NCBI GenBank assembly: GCA_937899865.1
Contig: CALBRH010000054.1
Location: 23,603 to 87,602, forward strand
Length of the DNA: 64,000 nucleotides
Origin: an uncultured euryarchaeote
Lineage (GTDB): Archaea; Thermoplasmatota; Poseidoniia; Poseidoniales; Poseidoniaceae
Direction: 5' to 3'
Part shown: in pieces, positions 1 through 9,796 of the stretch
How positions within the stretch are numbered: the stretch's first letter is position 1
Layout: each line of letters opens with the position of its first letter
Translations under genes and position numbers: made by a program
Notes under the pieces: model-generated
The model's input: the letters and a program-made list of their open reading frames with translations, nothing else
Told to the model about the DNA's origin: nothing
Database searches by the model: none

Positions 1-430
1 CATGAACTGTCTTGGACAAAAGTGGCGGAGTTCTTTCTACAATTGGGATCCAACCTGTTTTGTCTCTAATTTCGTTTACATTAGCACCTTTACGACCTAC
101 TGCTTCACCTGGATTCTGACATTGAATAATTACTTCACTAAAACATCCATCAAAATATATTTGAGTAATCTCTGCTTCTTCAGGAATAATAGATTCAATA
201 ATTGTCTTTGCTTCCTGATCAGGTTTGATAATACTTGGGTCTGGTCTAATCTTGATTCTTCGCTTAATCTTCTTAGCAATCTTACCAACTAAGCCGTCTC
301 CACCACCAAACTCTTTTGGAACATCAGTTACAATAGCAATATCTCCTGCCTCTAAATCAACTTTATAATTGATTGACTTAGGAACTATTTTGGCAATTTC
401 ATCTTTCAATTCTTTAAATGTTAGGCGCAT
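1..430 (-). CDS. fttA: aCPSF1/FttA beta-CASP ribonuclease, N-terminal KH region (partial, runs off the left edge)
   Basis: Not in the ORF track. Manual translation from ATG at 430 (AGGTGG SD upstream) gives MRLTFKELKDEIAKIVP...KIAKKIKRRIKIRPDPS...IIPEEAEIT.IYFD...EVII....PGEAVGRKG.NVNEIRDKTGWIPIVERTPPL, typical of aCPSF1 KH domains. The psmB-aCPSF1 adjacency is conserved in archaea. Confidence 0.92.
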   Translation of the reverse strand, partial: MRLTFKELKDEIAKIVPKSINYKVDLEAGDIAIVTDVPKEFGGGDGLVGKIAKKIKRRIKIRPDPSIIKPDQEAKTIIESIIPEEAEITQIYFDGCFSEVIIQCQNPGEAVGRKGANVNEIRDKTGWIPIVERTPPLLSKTVH

Positions 431-505
431 TTTACCACCTTTAGTTTACCACAGATTCATGACAAATGTGTCTAGCACACTGCAGAAAACTGCGGGAATA
501 AAAAG

Positions 506-1135
506 TTAAGAAAGCAACTTGTTGATTTGGTCTTGAGTTTGCAATACAAAGCCGTCTTTCTTAGTAATTACTGCGAGATCCATGCCGTTGCCTGATGCAG
601 CGTCACGCTGTCCCGATGCATGGAGGGCGCGGGCTGCAAGTTTCAATGCTTCGGCTTCAGACATATCTTCCCTAAAGCCATCTTCAAGAACACCGTACAT
701 GTATGGAGAACCCGAACCTGTTGCGCAGTAAACGTCTGGAATTGAGCCACCTGCAGAGTCAATAGAGTATACATGGCCACCGTCATCATCAACTCCGACA
801 ATCAATAATTGCACCCAATGAGGTCTACCTGAAAGAATATTTGCCGTTAATGTAGCAGCTCCTTTGACAGTCATTGGTTGCTGTCGGCGTAGTTCAAACA
901 ATGCAACTTCTGCTGATAGCGTTCTAGAAAGAGATTGAGCGTGCCCAACTAAACCGGCAGTTGTTAATGCCAGTTGGTCACCAATTTGGAATAATTTTTG
1001 AACAGATTTGTTGGCAATGAAGTGGCCCATTGTCGCTCTGTGGTCTGCTCCGACAACCACTCCCCCATTGAAAGTGATACCAAGAGTACTTGTTCCTGTT
1101 TTAAGCACATTAGTGTTGTTGTCCATCATCATCAC
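506..1135 (-). CDS. psmB: Proteasome beta subunit
   Basis: Propeptide then KTGTSTLGI; DHRAT, AGLVGHAQ, ATGSGS, RDAASG motifs. Confidence 0.97.
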   Translation of the reverse strand: MMMMDNNTNVLKTGTSTLGITFNGGVVVGADHRATMGHFIANKSVQKLFQIGDQLALTTAGLVGHAQSLSRTLSAEVALFELRRQQPMTVKGAATLTANILSGRPHWVQLLIVGVDDDGGHVYSIDSAGGSIPDVYCATGSGSPYMYGVLEDGFREDMSEAEALKLAARALHASGQRDAASGNGMDLAVITKKDGFVLQTQDQINKLLS

Positions 1136-1296
1136 TTATCCCCTAAAGTCGGCACCTTTTGAACATTGGTACATAAACGCCTAGATTCCAATCTATTTGA
1201 ATATTGATACTCGCCATCAGAGATTATTTTAACAAACGCATGTTTTGGCTCAAATTAATCGTAGTATTATTGAGATAGAAGTATTTAGACTAAGAT

Positions 1297-1875
1297 ATGA
1301 AGCGAAAGAAAGACGATGATCCCCATCAGTCTTCTTTAGATTCTTTTGCCAATATAGAATTGCCAAGTATGCCTGATTTAGACAAACTTGCAAAGGCTGA
1401 TAAAATCCTCAAAGAAAATCAAACAAATGAGTCTGCAAAGCAAAATAAATCATTGAATACCTTTGACATGCCAAGTATGTCAAATACAAAAAAGAAAAAT
1501 GATGTACCTTCAAAATTGATTTTCCACAACCTAGGGAACAAATATTCCGATCCTCCGATTACTTCAGGTGATACTGGATTAGTTGTTCATCGTGCTATTT
1601 TGAATGATATTACTGGAACTTCTACTTTACTTGACTGGTCTTCAGACGGGCATGCATCTATTGTTGAAATGGGACGGTTGATAAAAAGAGATACTGAATT
1701 CAGTGCTGCTTTAGATGCTCTGCACACATTTATCGAAGGCGATTTAGGTGGCCAAATTATCCAAATAACAGACACTAGACTAATGTTACTACCTCCAGGA
1801 TGTCGTGGTCTTAAAGGAGTGGAGATGGAAGCATTTGCAGCAGGTGCTGAAGAATTAGGTCGGAGACGGTTGTAA
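1297..1875 (+). CDS. sepF: Probable divergent SepF-like protein with a long low-complexity N-terminus
   Basis: C-terminal pattern DG.ASIVEMG.L...ALDAL..FIEGDLGGQIIQI...RLMLLPPG resembles the SepF core; TAATG overlap with ZPR1, a neighbourhood known for archaeal sepF. Confidence 0.55.
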   Translation: MKRKKDDDPHQSSLDSFANIELPSMPDLDKLAKADKILKENQTNESAKQNKSLNTFDMPSMSNTKKKNDVPSKLIFHNLGNKYSDPPITSGDTGLVVHRAILNDITGTSTLLDWSSDGHASIVEMGRLIKRDTEFSAALDALHTFIEGDLGGQIIQITDTRLMLLPPGCRGLKGVEMEAFAAGAEELGRRRL

Positions 1876-2507
1876 TGCAAGAGTCGCCAGTCGACATTCC
1901 GTGTCCAATTTGCAACTTAGAAGGCAGTTTATACATGATTGCTCATGTTGATGAAATACCATATTTTGGCGAGCATACTCAAGTCACGGTAATGTGCCAT
2001 TCGTGCGGTTGGAAACAAACTGATTTCATTCCAGCAGAAGGAAAGAAAGCTGGGTGTTGGTCACTGGTTTTGAACAATGCTGAACAATTAAAATCACGAG
2101 TTGTTAGATCATCATCTTGTACAATAAGAATTTCTGAATTAGACTTACAAGTAAATCCTGGAAGCAATTCAACCGGATATGTCTCTAATATAGAGGGCGT
2201 CATAAATAGATTCTTGGAAGTAATAAATATGGTTTTGAGAGATTTACAAAATGATGTTTCATCAAAACTAATCGAAAATGAAAGTACTGAATTAGGTCAA
2301 ACAATTAAAGAAATTAATCAACTTGAAGAGATTATAGAAACATTGTCCAACATAGGGAGTGAAGAACAAGAACCATTCACACTTGAGTTATTAGATCCCC
2401 ATGGACATTCGATGATTATTGATGAGTCTGCAACAGAAAGAAGCTTGACCGATGAAGAAATTGCAACTTTGCCTACTGGCCCTGACCCTGCTGTTTTTTC
2501 TGCTTAA
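1875..2507 (+). CDS. ZPR1 zinc-finger domain protein
   Basis: CPIC...IPYFGE....MCHSCGWK; RVVRSSS.TI.I.EL; NIEGVI; L.DP.G.S. Confidence 0.93.
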   Translation: MQESPVDIPCPICNLEGSLYMIAHVDEIPYFGEHTQVTVMCHSCGWKQTDFIPAEGKKAGCWSLVLNNAEQLKSRVVRSSSCTIRISELDLQVNPGSNSTGYVSNIEGVINRFLEVINMVLRDLQNDVSSKLIENESTELGQTIKEINQLEEIIETLSNIGSEEQEPFTLELLDPHGHSMIIDESATERSLTDEEIATLPTGPDPAVFSA

Positions 2508-3893
2508 TCAGCGTGAATCTAAGGCAAGAAATTCTTCAACCAAGTGTTCGGTTTGATTGCGCAACTCTAAATGATTACTCATCCACTCTGTAGCTTTATC
2601 AATGCATAATTGTTTCATTTCACCAGCTAAAATTTTTCCGTTTCGATAATCCGAATTTATCTCTGCAAGATAATTGTCATCTTGCTCAAAAAAGTACATC
2701 ATATACTGATAAGCAACATCAATATCTGGATCGCCACCCAACCTTCGATGCTCTTCAATTGTCGATTGTCCGCCAGAATAAGCCTTCTTGATTTTCTTAG
2801 TAATTGAACCAATATCATCATCGAGGAAAATTGTTGTTTTTGGCTTGCTACTGCTCATCTTTTCCCCGGTCAAACCAACTGCAAAATGATGGTATGTTGA
2901 AGATGGCGCTAGTAGACCCATACCTCCTAGTCTCCTCTCTAATTGAAGTAATTTCATTCTGATCGCATTCATATCTTTCTTTGTGGCACTAGGGACAACT
3001 ATTGTACCTTGCTTCGGATTTGAATTGATATCTGAAAAACCAAGTTGAACTAGTTCCTCAACAATCATGCCAAAAATATTGGACACTTTGTTCTTATCTA
3101 TTCTGCCATTAGGCATCTGACCTAATAGTTCAGCGTTTTCATCCTGTACCGATAATCCAATCAAAATTCCTGGGCCATTATTGTCTTTAATATTAAACCA
3201 GTTCGACTTAGATGCAATACCCCTTGTTAGTCTTAGGTGAGGGTCTTGGTCAACACCTACTGGCACCACTATTGGTCTTAATCCACCGAATTCATCCGTC
3301 TGAGGATGTAGTATATCTCCAACTTGAACCATTGGTGCTTGGACATGAGCAAGGTTGGTATCTCCTTTGAAACCGTATATCGATTCAAACTCACTTAAAT
3401 TTGTACGTTTTCCTAACTGAAAACCAAGTCGCTGAACTTCTGAACGTGTTGATTGAAAATAGACATTTGTTAAATTAGGATCAAGTCCTAAAGCAGCATA
3501 ATTTGCTACATATTCATTGAGGGCAATTTCTCTTCCTTTGGCGAGATTTACACCACGTGTTGCTTGACTTTCTAAATCGGCAACAGCAATAGTTACATCG
3601 CCACCCAACTTTTGGAACCATTTAACTTGCTCAATAACCATTGAATGACCCAAATGCATCCTGCCACTGGGCATTAGTCCCGTTAATACTCCAAATGAGT
3701 TGCCCATTTTTTGAGCATCCAATACAAGATCTAAATCTCTATGAGCGAAAACAATCCCTCTTCTATGCAAGTGAGACGGATCTGGTAAAGTTAGATTATT
3801 CAGGTTTGAAAGGCCAAATTGTTCAATTATCCTAGAATAATCTGTTGATTGAGTACTACTCCAAGGATCGATGTTTAATTCTCCATCACCCAT
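2508..3893 (-). CDS. trpS: Tryptophanyl-tRNA synthetase (archaeal type, with internal insertion)
   Basis: TGLMPSGRMHLGH (HIGH-like), VPVGVDQDPHLRL, KMSSS. Confidence 0.96.
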   Translation of the reverse strand: MGDGELNIDPWSSTQSTDYSRIIEQFGLSNLNNLTLPDPSHLHRRGIVFAHRDLDLVLDAQKMGNSFGVLTGLMPSGRMHLGHSMVIEQVKWFQKLGGDVTIAVADLESQATRGVNLAKGREIALNEYVANYAALGLDPNLTNVYFQSTRSEVQRLGFQLGKRTNLSEFESIYGFKGDTNLAHVQAPMVQVGDILHPQTDEFGGLRPIVVPVGVDQDPHLRLTRGIASKSNWFNIKDNNGPGILIGLSVQDENAELLGQMPNGRIDKNKVSNIFGMIVEELVQLGFSDINSNPKQGTIVVPSATKKDMNAIRMKLLQLERRLGGMGLLAPSSTYHHFAVGLTGEKMSSSKPKTTIFLDDDIGSITKKIKKAYSGGQSTIEEHRRLGGDPDIDVAYQYMMYFFEQDDNYLAEINSDYRNGKILAGEMKQLCIDKATEWMSNHLELRNQTEHLVEEFLALDSR

Positions 3894-3968
3894 AGAAGTA
3901 TCCCCCTTAAATGAAACTCATTAGACTTATTTCATCAAGCCTTCGATGAATATCGAACAATAAATGCG

Positions 3969-5210
3969 TTATTCTTCAGATTCTCGATTAGCTAGAGGTC
4001 CTAATCCTTCGCGCTTCAAAACTACTAGCATAGTCAAAATTGCTGTAGCACCTACTACTATTGCCGCATAGGGCAGCCAATCCGCATCTCCATCCATAGT
4101 TCTTGGTTCAAGTAGCCAAGTAAAAACTAAATCTTCTTGTCCAACAAATCTCTTAGACCACTTGAACAAATCTGATGTTTCATGTGCAGCTATAGTTATT
4201 GCAGAAGTATGGTTATTCCAAAACTCGCTAATTCCCATGATATCATATTCATCAGATTCAATTGTGATGTTTACAGATTTACCATCTGTAATGCTAAGGT
4301 GTAAATACTGGTTGGGAAGTTTACTATATCCCTCGCGAGTATGGCGTTGCTGAGTGATATTTTCAAGTGGTTCACCGTCTGCTGAAATATTGATTATATC
4401 CGAACTACCAATATCTAACATCCATGTGATTGGTACATTCCATCTCTCTGGCAATAAGTTTGTACATTGTTCTTTAATCAATGATTCAAAATTAAGAATA
4501 TAATTTTCACCTTGGCTAATAATTGAATGATCAAACTCATAGCATTTACTCTTAGCCCAATAGGACCATGATTGACCCCATGTAGTCAACCAAGCATCTG
4601 CATCATTAGAGATATAATCTTCAATATCGGAATCATGTCTAATCGTAGCCTCATGAACCCTACCTATCCAGTAAAGATTAACCAAGCCACCCTCTTCTAC
4701 AGCCTCTTTCACATCATCTACTGAACCAATAATTTGCTCGAGACTTCCACCCCTGCGACCTAAATTATACCAATCCCAAAGATCCTCGGGGACATCTGAA
4801 CTATTATGCCAAGCAGTATAATCTAAGCCATTTAAGTCTCCATGGACAACAAATCCTTGCTTAGAAATTATTTGATGTTGAGACATTGACAAGTCATTTG
4901 GAGTGTAGGTAGAAATAGGATTTTCTCCCCAAATACTCGCTTCAGTGCGCTGTTCTATATATTGTCGGCATTCTCCGGCAACTGCGCCTGGATCGTTCTC
5001 CCAAGACAAGCCAGGGATATCATAACACCCAAATTCATCGCCATTGTTCAATCGCTCTTTGACAAGATTAGTGTTTAGCCAACCATCTTCTTCCCACTCA
5101 ACATCTGCAATGACAGCAGGAGAAAAAACCAATCCTAAAACGAGAAGAAGAACACAAAATGAATTCATTGCTCTCCTCAACTTACCACTACCCGGACATA
5201 AACTGCTCAA
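3969..5210 (-). CDS. Hypothetical secreted protein with C-terminal membrane anchor
   Basis: N-terminal hydrophobic signal, Trp/Asp-rich body, C-terminal TM helix (WLPYAAIVVGATAILTMLVVL). Confidence 0.75.
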   Translation of the reverse strand: MSSLCPGSGKLRRAMNSFCVLLLVLGLVFSPAVIADVEWEEDGWLNTNLVKERLNNGDEFGCYDIPGLSWENDPGAVAGECRQYIEQRTEASIWGENPISTYTPNDLSMSQHQIISKQGFVVHGDLNGLDYTAWHNSSDVPEDLWDWYNLGRRGGSLEQIIGSVDDVKEAVEEGGLVNLYWIGRVHEATIRHDSDIEDYISNDADAWLTTWGQSWSYWAKSKCYEFDHSIISQGENYILNFESLIKEQCTNLLPERWNVPITWMLDIGSSDIINISADGEPLENITQQRHTREGYSKLPNQYLHLSITDGKSVNITIESDEYDIMGISEFWNNHTSAITIAAHETSDLFKWSKRFVGQEDLVFTWLLEPRTMDGDADWLPYAAIVVGATAILTMLVVLKREGLGPLANRESEE

Positions 5211-5321
5211 ATAACATGTTTTTCATACTTCGTATTTGAAACAAAAAAAATCTGTCGCAAAAACTAACTTTTTTTAAAATCATCAAAGTAACTATCAAAG
5301 AGTATACCTCATGCAGAATGT

Positions 5322-6110
5322 ATGAACAAGCCACTGGCCAGTATCGAAGATGCTTGGCAGTTATTAGAAAATCATTGGAAAATTGAGCCGCATAATGGCG
5401 GCATTTCTTATACACCAGGATACTCAATAATACGGTTTATTTTCTCCCCTATAATCAGGAGTTGGGCGAGGATTAGGGCTACTGGTTCCGAAAATATACC
5501 TGGAAAGGGTGCAACTATCTTTGCTGCAAATCATCTTTCACATGTAGATCCGATTTTAGTTATCGCTTCTTCTAGAAGAAAGGTTCATTATCTAGCAAAA
5601 GATGGTCACTTTAAGAATTTCTTTTTACGACTTATCATGAATCTAACTGGTCAAATTGAAACACATCGTGAAGCTGGTGGAGAAGAAGCATTAGCTAGTG
5701 CAGCAGATGTATTAGCTGACAATTCAGCATTAGGGATTTTTCCTGAAGGAACAAGATCTAAGAAAACTGAACACCCATTTTTATTACCAGGTAAAACAGG
5801 CATTGCTAGACTTGCTGCTTCATTCCCAAATGCCATAGTAATCCCAATTGCCTTAATTGGCACTAGAGAAATGATGGCTCCACAAAAGGATAAATTGCCA
5901 AAGTTGTGGCGTCCAGTTAAGGTAAATTTTGGACAAAGAATTACTTGGTATGAATGGCTTCAGGACCCTAATGGAGGGGCAATGACTTCCGATATTTTAG
6001 AGCAAATTTCTAAGCAAGAAAAGCATGAAATAAAATCTACTATATCAAGCCTATATAGAAAATTCACTGACCAACTAATGCAGAGTATCAGTTCTTTGGG
6101 AGCACCTTAA
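5322..6110 (+). CDS. plsC: 1-acyl-sn-glycerol-3-phosphate acyltransferase (PlsC family)
   Basis: NHLSHVD (HxxxxD), FPEGTRS, GIARLA, IPIAL motifs. Confidence 0.9.
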   Translation: MNKPLASIEDAWQLLENHWKIEPHNGGISYTPGYSIIRFIFSPIIRSWARIRATGSENIPGKGATIFAANHLSHVDPILVIASSRRKVHYLAKDGHFKNFFLRLIMNLTGQIETHREAGGEEALASAADVLADNSALGIFPEGTRSKKTEHPFLLPGKTGIARLAASFPNAIVIPIALIGTREMMAPQKDKLPKLWRPVKVNFGQRITWYEWLQDPNGGAMTSDILEQISKQEKHEIKSTISSLYRKFTDQLMQSISSLGAP

Positions 6111-6167
6111 CATTCTCTTGTTCAAAATTATCAAATGCTGGCTACCATTGGTAGGTTTGGTGATGGT

Positions 6168-6962
6168 GTGGAACAATATCTAAGTCTAATTCGCAGAATC
6201 CTAAATGAGGGTGAACAGAAAGGCGATAGAACAGGCACTGGGACGCTATCAGTATTTGGACATCAAATGAGATTTGATTTATCTAAAGGATTTCCCATGG
6301 TCACTACAAAAAAATTACATTTGAAATCTATAGTTTACGAATTGCTTTGGTTCCTCAAAGGAGATACCAATGTCAAATATCTGCAAGAAAATGGTGTCAG
6401 AATATGGAACGAATGGGCTGATGAGAATGGTGACCTTGGACCAGTTTATGGTAAGCAGTGGCGTAAATGGGAAGCAAAAGATGGCCGTATTATCGACCAA
6501 GTTGAAGATGCTATTGAGATGATTAAGAAAAATCCAAACAGTCGAAGAATCATTGTCTCTGCTTGGAATGTTGGTGAATTAGATGAAATGGCACTCATGC
6601 CATGTCATGCCTTTTTCCAATTTCATGTAGCAAATGGAAAACTGAATTGCCAATTGTATCAAAGAAGTGCTGATGTATTTCTTGGAGTGCCATTTAATAT
6701 TGCATCATATGCATTGCTTACTCATATGATGGCGCAAGTTTGTAATTTACAACCGGGAGTCTTTGTTCACACAATTGGTGATGCACACCTTTACAATAAT
6801 CATTTAGATCAAGCAAAACTACAAATTACTCGAGAACCAATGGCTTTACCTAAATTGAAATTAAATCCTGAAATTACCGATATAGACAATTTTGACTTTG
6901 ATGATATAGAAGTTCTAGATTATCAACATCATCCTCATATTTCAGCACCAATTGCAGTTTGA
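6168..6962 (+). CDS. thyA: Thymidylate synthase, bacterial ThyA type (probable GTG start at 6168)
   Basis: [48 protein letters not shown]. Confidence 0.98.
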   Translation: MEQYLSLIRRILNEGEQKGDRTGTGTLSVFGHQMRFDLSKGFPMVTTKKLHLKSIVYELLWFLKGDTNVKYLQENGVRIWNEWADENGDLGPVYGKQWRKWEAKDGRIIDQVEDAIEMIKKNPNSRRIIVSAWNVGELDEMALMPCHAFFQFHVANGKLNCQLYQRSADVFLGVPFNIASYALLTHMMAQVCNLQPGVFVHTIGDAHLYNNHLDQAKLQITREPMALPKLKLNPEITDIDNFDFDDIEVLDYQHHPHISAPIAV

Positions 6963-6971
6963 GTTGGTAAA

Positions 6972-7445
6972 ATGTTAACAATGATTTTTGCTTGTGATTT
7001 ACAAAATGCCATTGGTAAAGATGGTGATTTGCCTTGGCGACAATCTACAGATTTACAGCACTTCAAAAAAATCACCCTTGGAGGAACTATTGTAATGGGT
7101 AGAAAAACTTGGGAAAGTCTGCCTGGAAAATTACCTGAGCGTAGACACTTAGTGATGACTCGAGGACATCGTGATGATATAGAAACCACAACATTTGAAG
7201 AAGTGATTAAGTTGTCAATGGAGCAAAATGTATTCATTATTGGTGGTGGAGAGATATATTCTTTATTCTTACCTCATATCGAGAAAATTTATCGAACAAT
7301 AATTCATTGTAATGTCGAGCAACCAGATACATTTGCTCCAGAAATTGATGAAGATCTCTTTTCAGTTTCAGAAACAAAATTTGTCGAAAAATCTGATAAA
7401 GATCAATATGATATGACATTTGAAATATTGGTTAAAGGAAGCTGA
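6972..7445 (+). CDS. folA: Dihydrofolate reductase
   Basis: IGKDGDLPW, DLQHFKKIT, MGRKTWESLP, IIGGGEIY; directly after thyA. Confidence 0.96.
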   Translation: MLTMIFACDLQNAIGKDGDLPWRQSTDLQHFKKITLGGTIVMGRKTWESLPGKLPERRHLVMTRGHRDDIETTTFEEVIKLSMEQNVFIIGGGEIYSLFLPHIEKIYRTIIHCNVEQPDTFAPEIDEDLFSVSETKFVEKSDKDQYDMTFEILVKGS

Positions 7446-7446
7446 T

Positions 7447-7818
7447 TTAATCTTGATTTTGGTACTCAGTGACTCTTACTCCAAGCCTACCAGTTAAGGC
7501 TTTACGTTGCATTATTCGATGATACTTCTTTTCAAATGCTGCTTTCAAGTCAATTTTCATTGCTATTGAATGACCCATTAACAAAATCAATACATCAGCC
7601 ATCTCTTCAGCACACTCTTCTAACGGCTTACCCTTGGTAATTGCAGCAGATAATTCACCCAATTCTTCAACCGTCAATGCAATTCGATAGCCCATGTCAT
7701 GGCCATTTTTGCCAGCGAAATCATGCTTGTGATGGAATTCCGCGACTTTTTTCATCATTGTTTCCCATTCATTTGTTGGAGAATATTCAACCCAGTCTAC
7801 AACATCTTTACCGTCCAT
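7447..7818 (-). CDS. MazG-like nucleotide pyrophosphohydrolase
   Basis: EELGEL...EEMADV acidic EExxE/ExxD motifs. Confidence 0.82.
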   Translation of the reverse strand: MDGKDVVDWVEYSPTNEWETMMKKVAEFHHKHDFAGKNGHDMGYRIALTVEELGELSAAITKGKPLEECAEEMADVLILLMGHSIAMKIDLKAAFEKKYHRIMQRKALTGRLGVRVTEYQNQD

Positions 7819-7852
7819 GAATGAGGTATAACATGGAGCAGAATATAACTTA

Positions 7853-8653
7853 CTAATTTGCTAGGACAGAAAAAATACAATGCATAACCGGATTTAACCT
7901 ATCATTAGCTTGGGAGGAAACTGATTCATGAGATAGTTCTGCACTTGGGTCACCTGGTTCTCGACCAGCTGCCCAGTTTGAAGAAATACAGATTGCTGAA
8001 TAAGGTATTTCCATTTCATTGGCTAACTTAACTTCTCTTGGCATTGTCATACCAACCATTTCTCCTCCCAATTTTTCAATAGCATCAACTTCTGCACGGG
8101 TTTCAAAATGCGGACCTTGAGCAAGCCAATATGTGTAGTACATTTTTTCGTCATGCGTTAAATTTTGAGTTGATCTTAATACAGATTCAAGTTTTTCATT
8201 TAATTTCTTTGAGAATGGTTCAGTAACTGATGTAAATACTGCAAATGTGTCGTTAAAACTGGTTGCAATACCTGAAAAATCGATATATTGTCCTGCTAAT
8301 GCTACTTTTCCAGGTGGTAAATCTTTGGCAAGAGATCCAATTGAGCAAACAGAAATTATTACATCGCAACCGGAATTGATTAATGCGCTAATATTGGCTT
8401 TGTGATTTATCATGTGAGGAGGTTTGTTTGATTCTCCATTATTATGATGTCTTTGTAAAAATATCAACTCTTTTGGTTTGCCGCCATAGGTCATTGAAAT
8501 GCATTTTAGAGGAACTTCACCATACTTTGTCTCTACAGTTACTTCATCAGTTCTAGTAATTCCTAAATGATACTCTGATAGAGTATCTAAGTAATCACTT
8601 CCTAAATCAATAGAGATAAGTCCAGTTCCACCAATAATGCCAATGCGTTCCAT
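7853..8653 (-). CDS. MTAP/PNP-family purine nucleoside phosphorylase (probably methylthioinosine/6-oxopurine-preferring)
   Basis: IGIIGGTG, FLQRH...PPH.INHKANI.AL, GPHFETRAE, VGMT..E, SNWAAG. Confidence 0.85.
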   Translation of the reverse strand: MERIGIIGGTGLISIDLGSDYLDTLSEYHLGITRTDEVTVETKYGEVPLKCISMTYGGKPKELIFLQRHHNNGESNKPPHMINHKANISALINSGCDVIISVCSIGSLAKDLPPGKVALAGQYIDFSGIATSFNDTFAVFTSVTEPFSKKLNEKLESVLRSTQNLTHDEKMYYTYWLAQGPHFETRAEVDAIEKLGGEMVGMTMPREVKLANEMEIPYSAICISSNWAAGREPGDPSAELSHESVSSQANDRLNPVMHCIFSVLAN

Positions 8654-8680
8654 AGAGCATCACCAAATGGTGGAAGGAAA

Positions 8681-9649
8681 TTATTCCTCTAGTCGAGAAA
8701 TCAAGTCTGCTTTCTTACCGGATACTGGTTTCCCAGCAGCCTTTAGAAGTTCCTTTAACTCTGCAACAGTCATACTACTATAATCAACTGCTTCAGCCTC
8801 AGAAACCTCTTCTGCGGCTTCTGCTGCTGACTCTTCGACTGCAGGAGCATCTTCCTCAGCATCTTGCTTTTCTGATTCAGGCTCCATCGCTTCTGCTGCA
8901 TCTAGAATGGAAGGAGAATCTTCTTCGGTATCTTCTTCCATTGCTGCTTCGAGAGCTGCTGCTTTCTTTGCTTTCAATTCTGCAGCAACACGCTTTTCTT
9001 CAGCATGAATCTCATCAAGTGTTGGTCCTTTCTCAGTGACTACACCTGATTGAAGAAGTTGACTCTTTCTAATTGCGACTGACTTGATTGGATAAATTGG
9101 CTTGACTGCTTTTCTAATATCCTCTTCTAATTCGCCACCTAAAATTGACTCTTGAAGTTTAGAATAAGTGTTCTTAGCTGCATAACCAAGTAGTAATTCT
9201 CTAGTCTTTGAGCGCATTACTTGTTTTACTGATGTTTGAACTCTCTTTTGAGTGATAATTAATGGCTTTAGCCTTACAAGATATCCATCAGTAGTCACAA
9301 CATCAACAACATCATCTATCTTACCGCGGTAACGACGAATTTGTCTTCGGGTATGATCTGTTTGATGGTGGTGGCCGATGAAGGTAGTCAAAGCATCTTG
9401 CCCGACACACTCATGCACTCTAAATCTCAAAATTACATGCATCTTGGTGAAATCGCCATTGAATTCCTGCAAAGTCATTTCATAAACTCTGCCAACAATA
9501 GATTCGTCAGACTCTCCCAAAGTTTCTCCGATGTTCTTGAAGTCCCATGGATGTCGTGGCGCACGTATTGTGTACCATCGCTTCATCTTCCACTTGTCAC
9601 GCTGCTTACGTGCTAACGCACGCCCTTTTGCACTCACTTTCTTTGCCAT
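8681..9649 (-). CDS. rps3ae: 30S ribosomal protein S3Ae with acidic linker and C-terminal SAP domain
   Basis: DKWKMKRWYTIRAP, DYTRRQIRR-like HTRRQIRRY.GKIDD, IYPIK.VAIRKS; ATG at 9649. Confidence 0.95.
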   Translation of the reverse strand: MAKKVSAKGRALARKQRDKWKMKRWYTIRAPRHPWDFKNIGETLGESDESIVGRVYEMTLQEFNGDFTKMHVILRFRVHECVGQDALTTFIGHHHQTDHTRRQIRRYRGKIDDVVDVVTTDGYLVRLKPLIITQKRVQTSVKQVMRSKTRELLLGYAAKNTYSKLQESILGGELEEDIRKAVKPIYPIKSVAIRKSQLLQSGVVTEKGPTLDEIHAEEKRVAAELKAKKAAALEAAMEEDTEEDSPSILDAAEAMEPESEKQDAEEDAPAVEESAAEAAEEVSEAEAVDYSSMTVAELKELLKAAGKPVSGKKADLISRLEE

Positions 9650-9661
9650 CGATATCAACTC

Positions 9662-9707
9662 GGTTAGTCTTGCGGGGGCTACCCCACTTGCAAGTTGCCG
9701 ACTAACC
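9662..9707 (-). promoter_or_regulatory. Stem-loop in the predicted 5' leader of rps3ae
   Basis: GGTTAGTC (9662-9669) is the reverse complement of GACTAACC (9700-9707); inner TTGC/GCAA and GGGG/CCCC pairs. Confidence 0.5.
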
Positions 9708-9796
9708 TCCCCTATTTGAAAGAGACTATTGTAAACCGCAACAAATTAACTGGCATAATCAACAAACCTCATCAACAACTAATCAATCCAATAATC

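Noticed and set aside
2-292. Plus-strand 96-aa ORF from the track
   Set aside because: Shadow of the minus-strand aCPSF1 gene, which has recognisable motifs and an SD.
3969-5210. Polysaccharide deacetylase call
   Set aside because: Only a faint W.TT...Y resemblance; no metal-binding motifs recognised.
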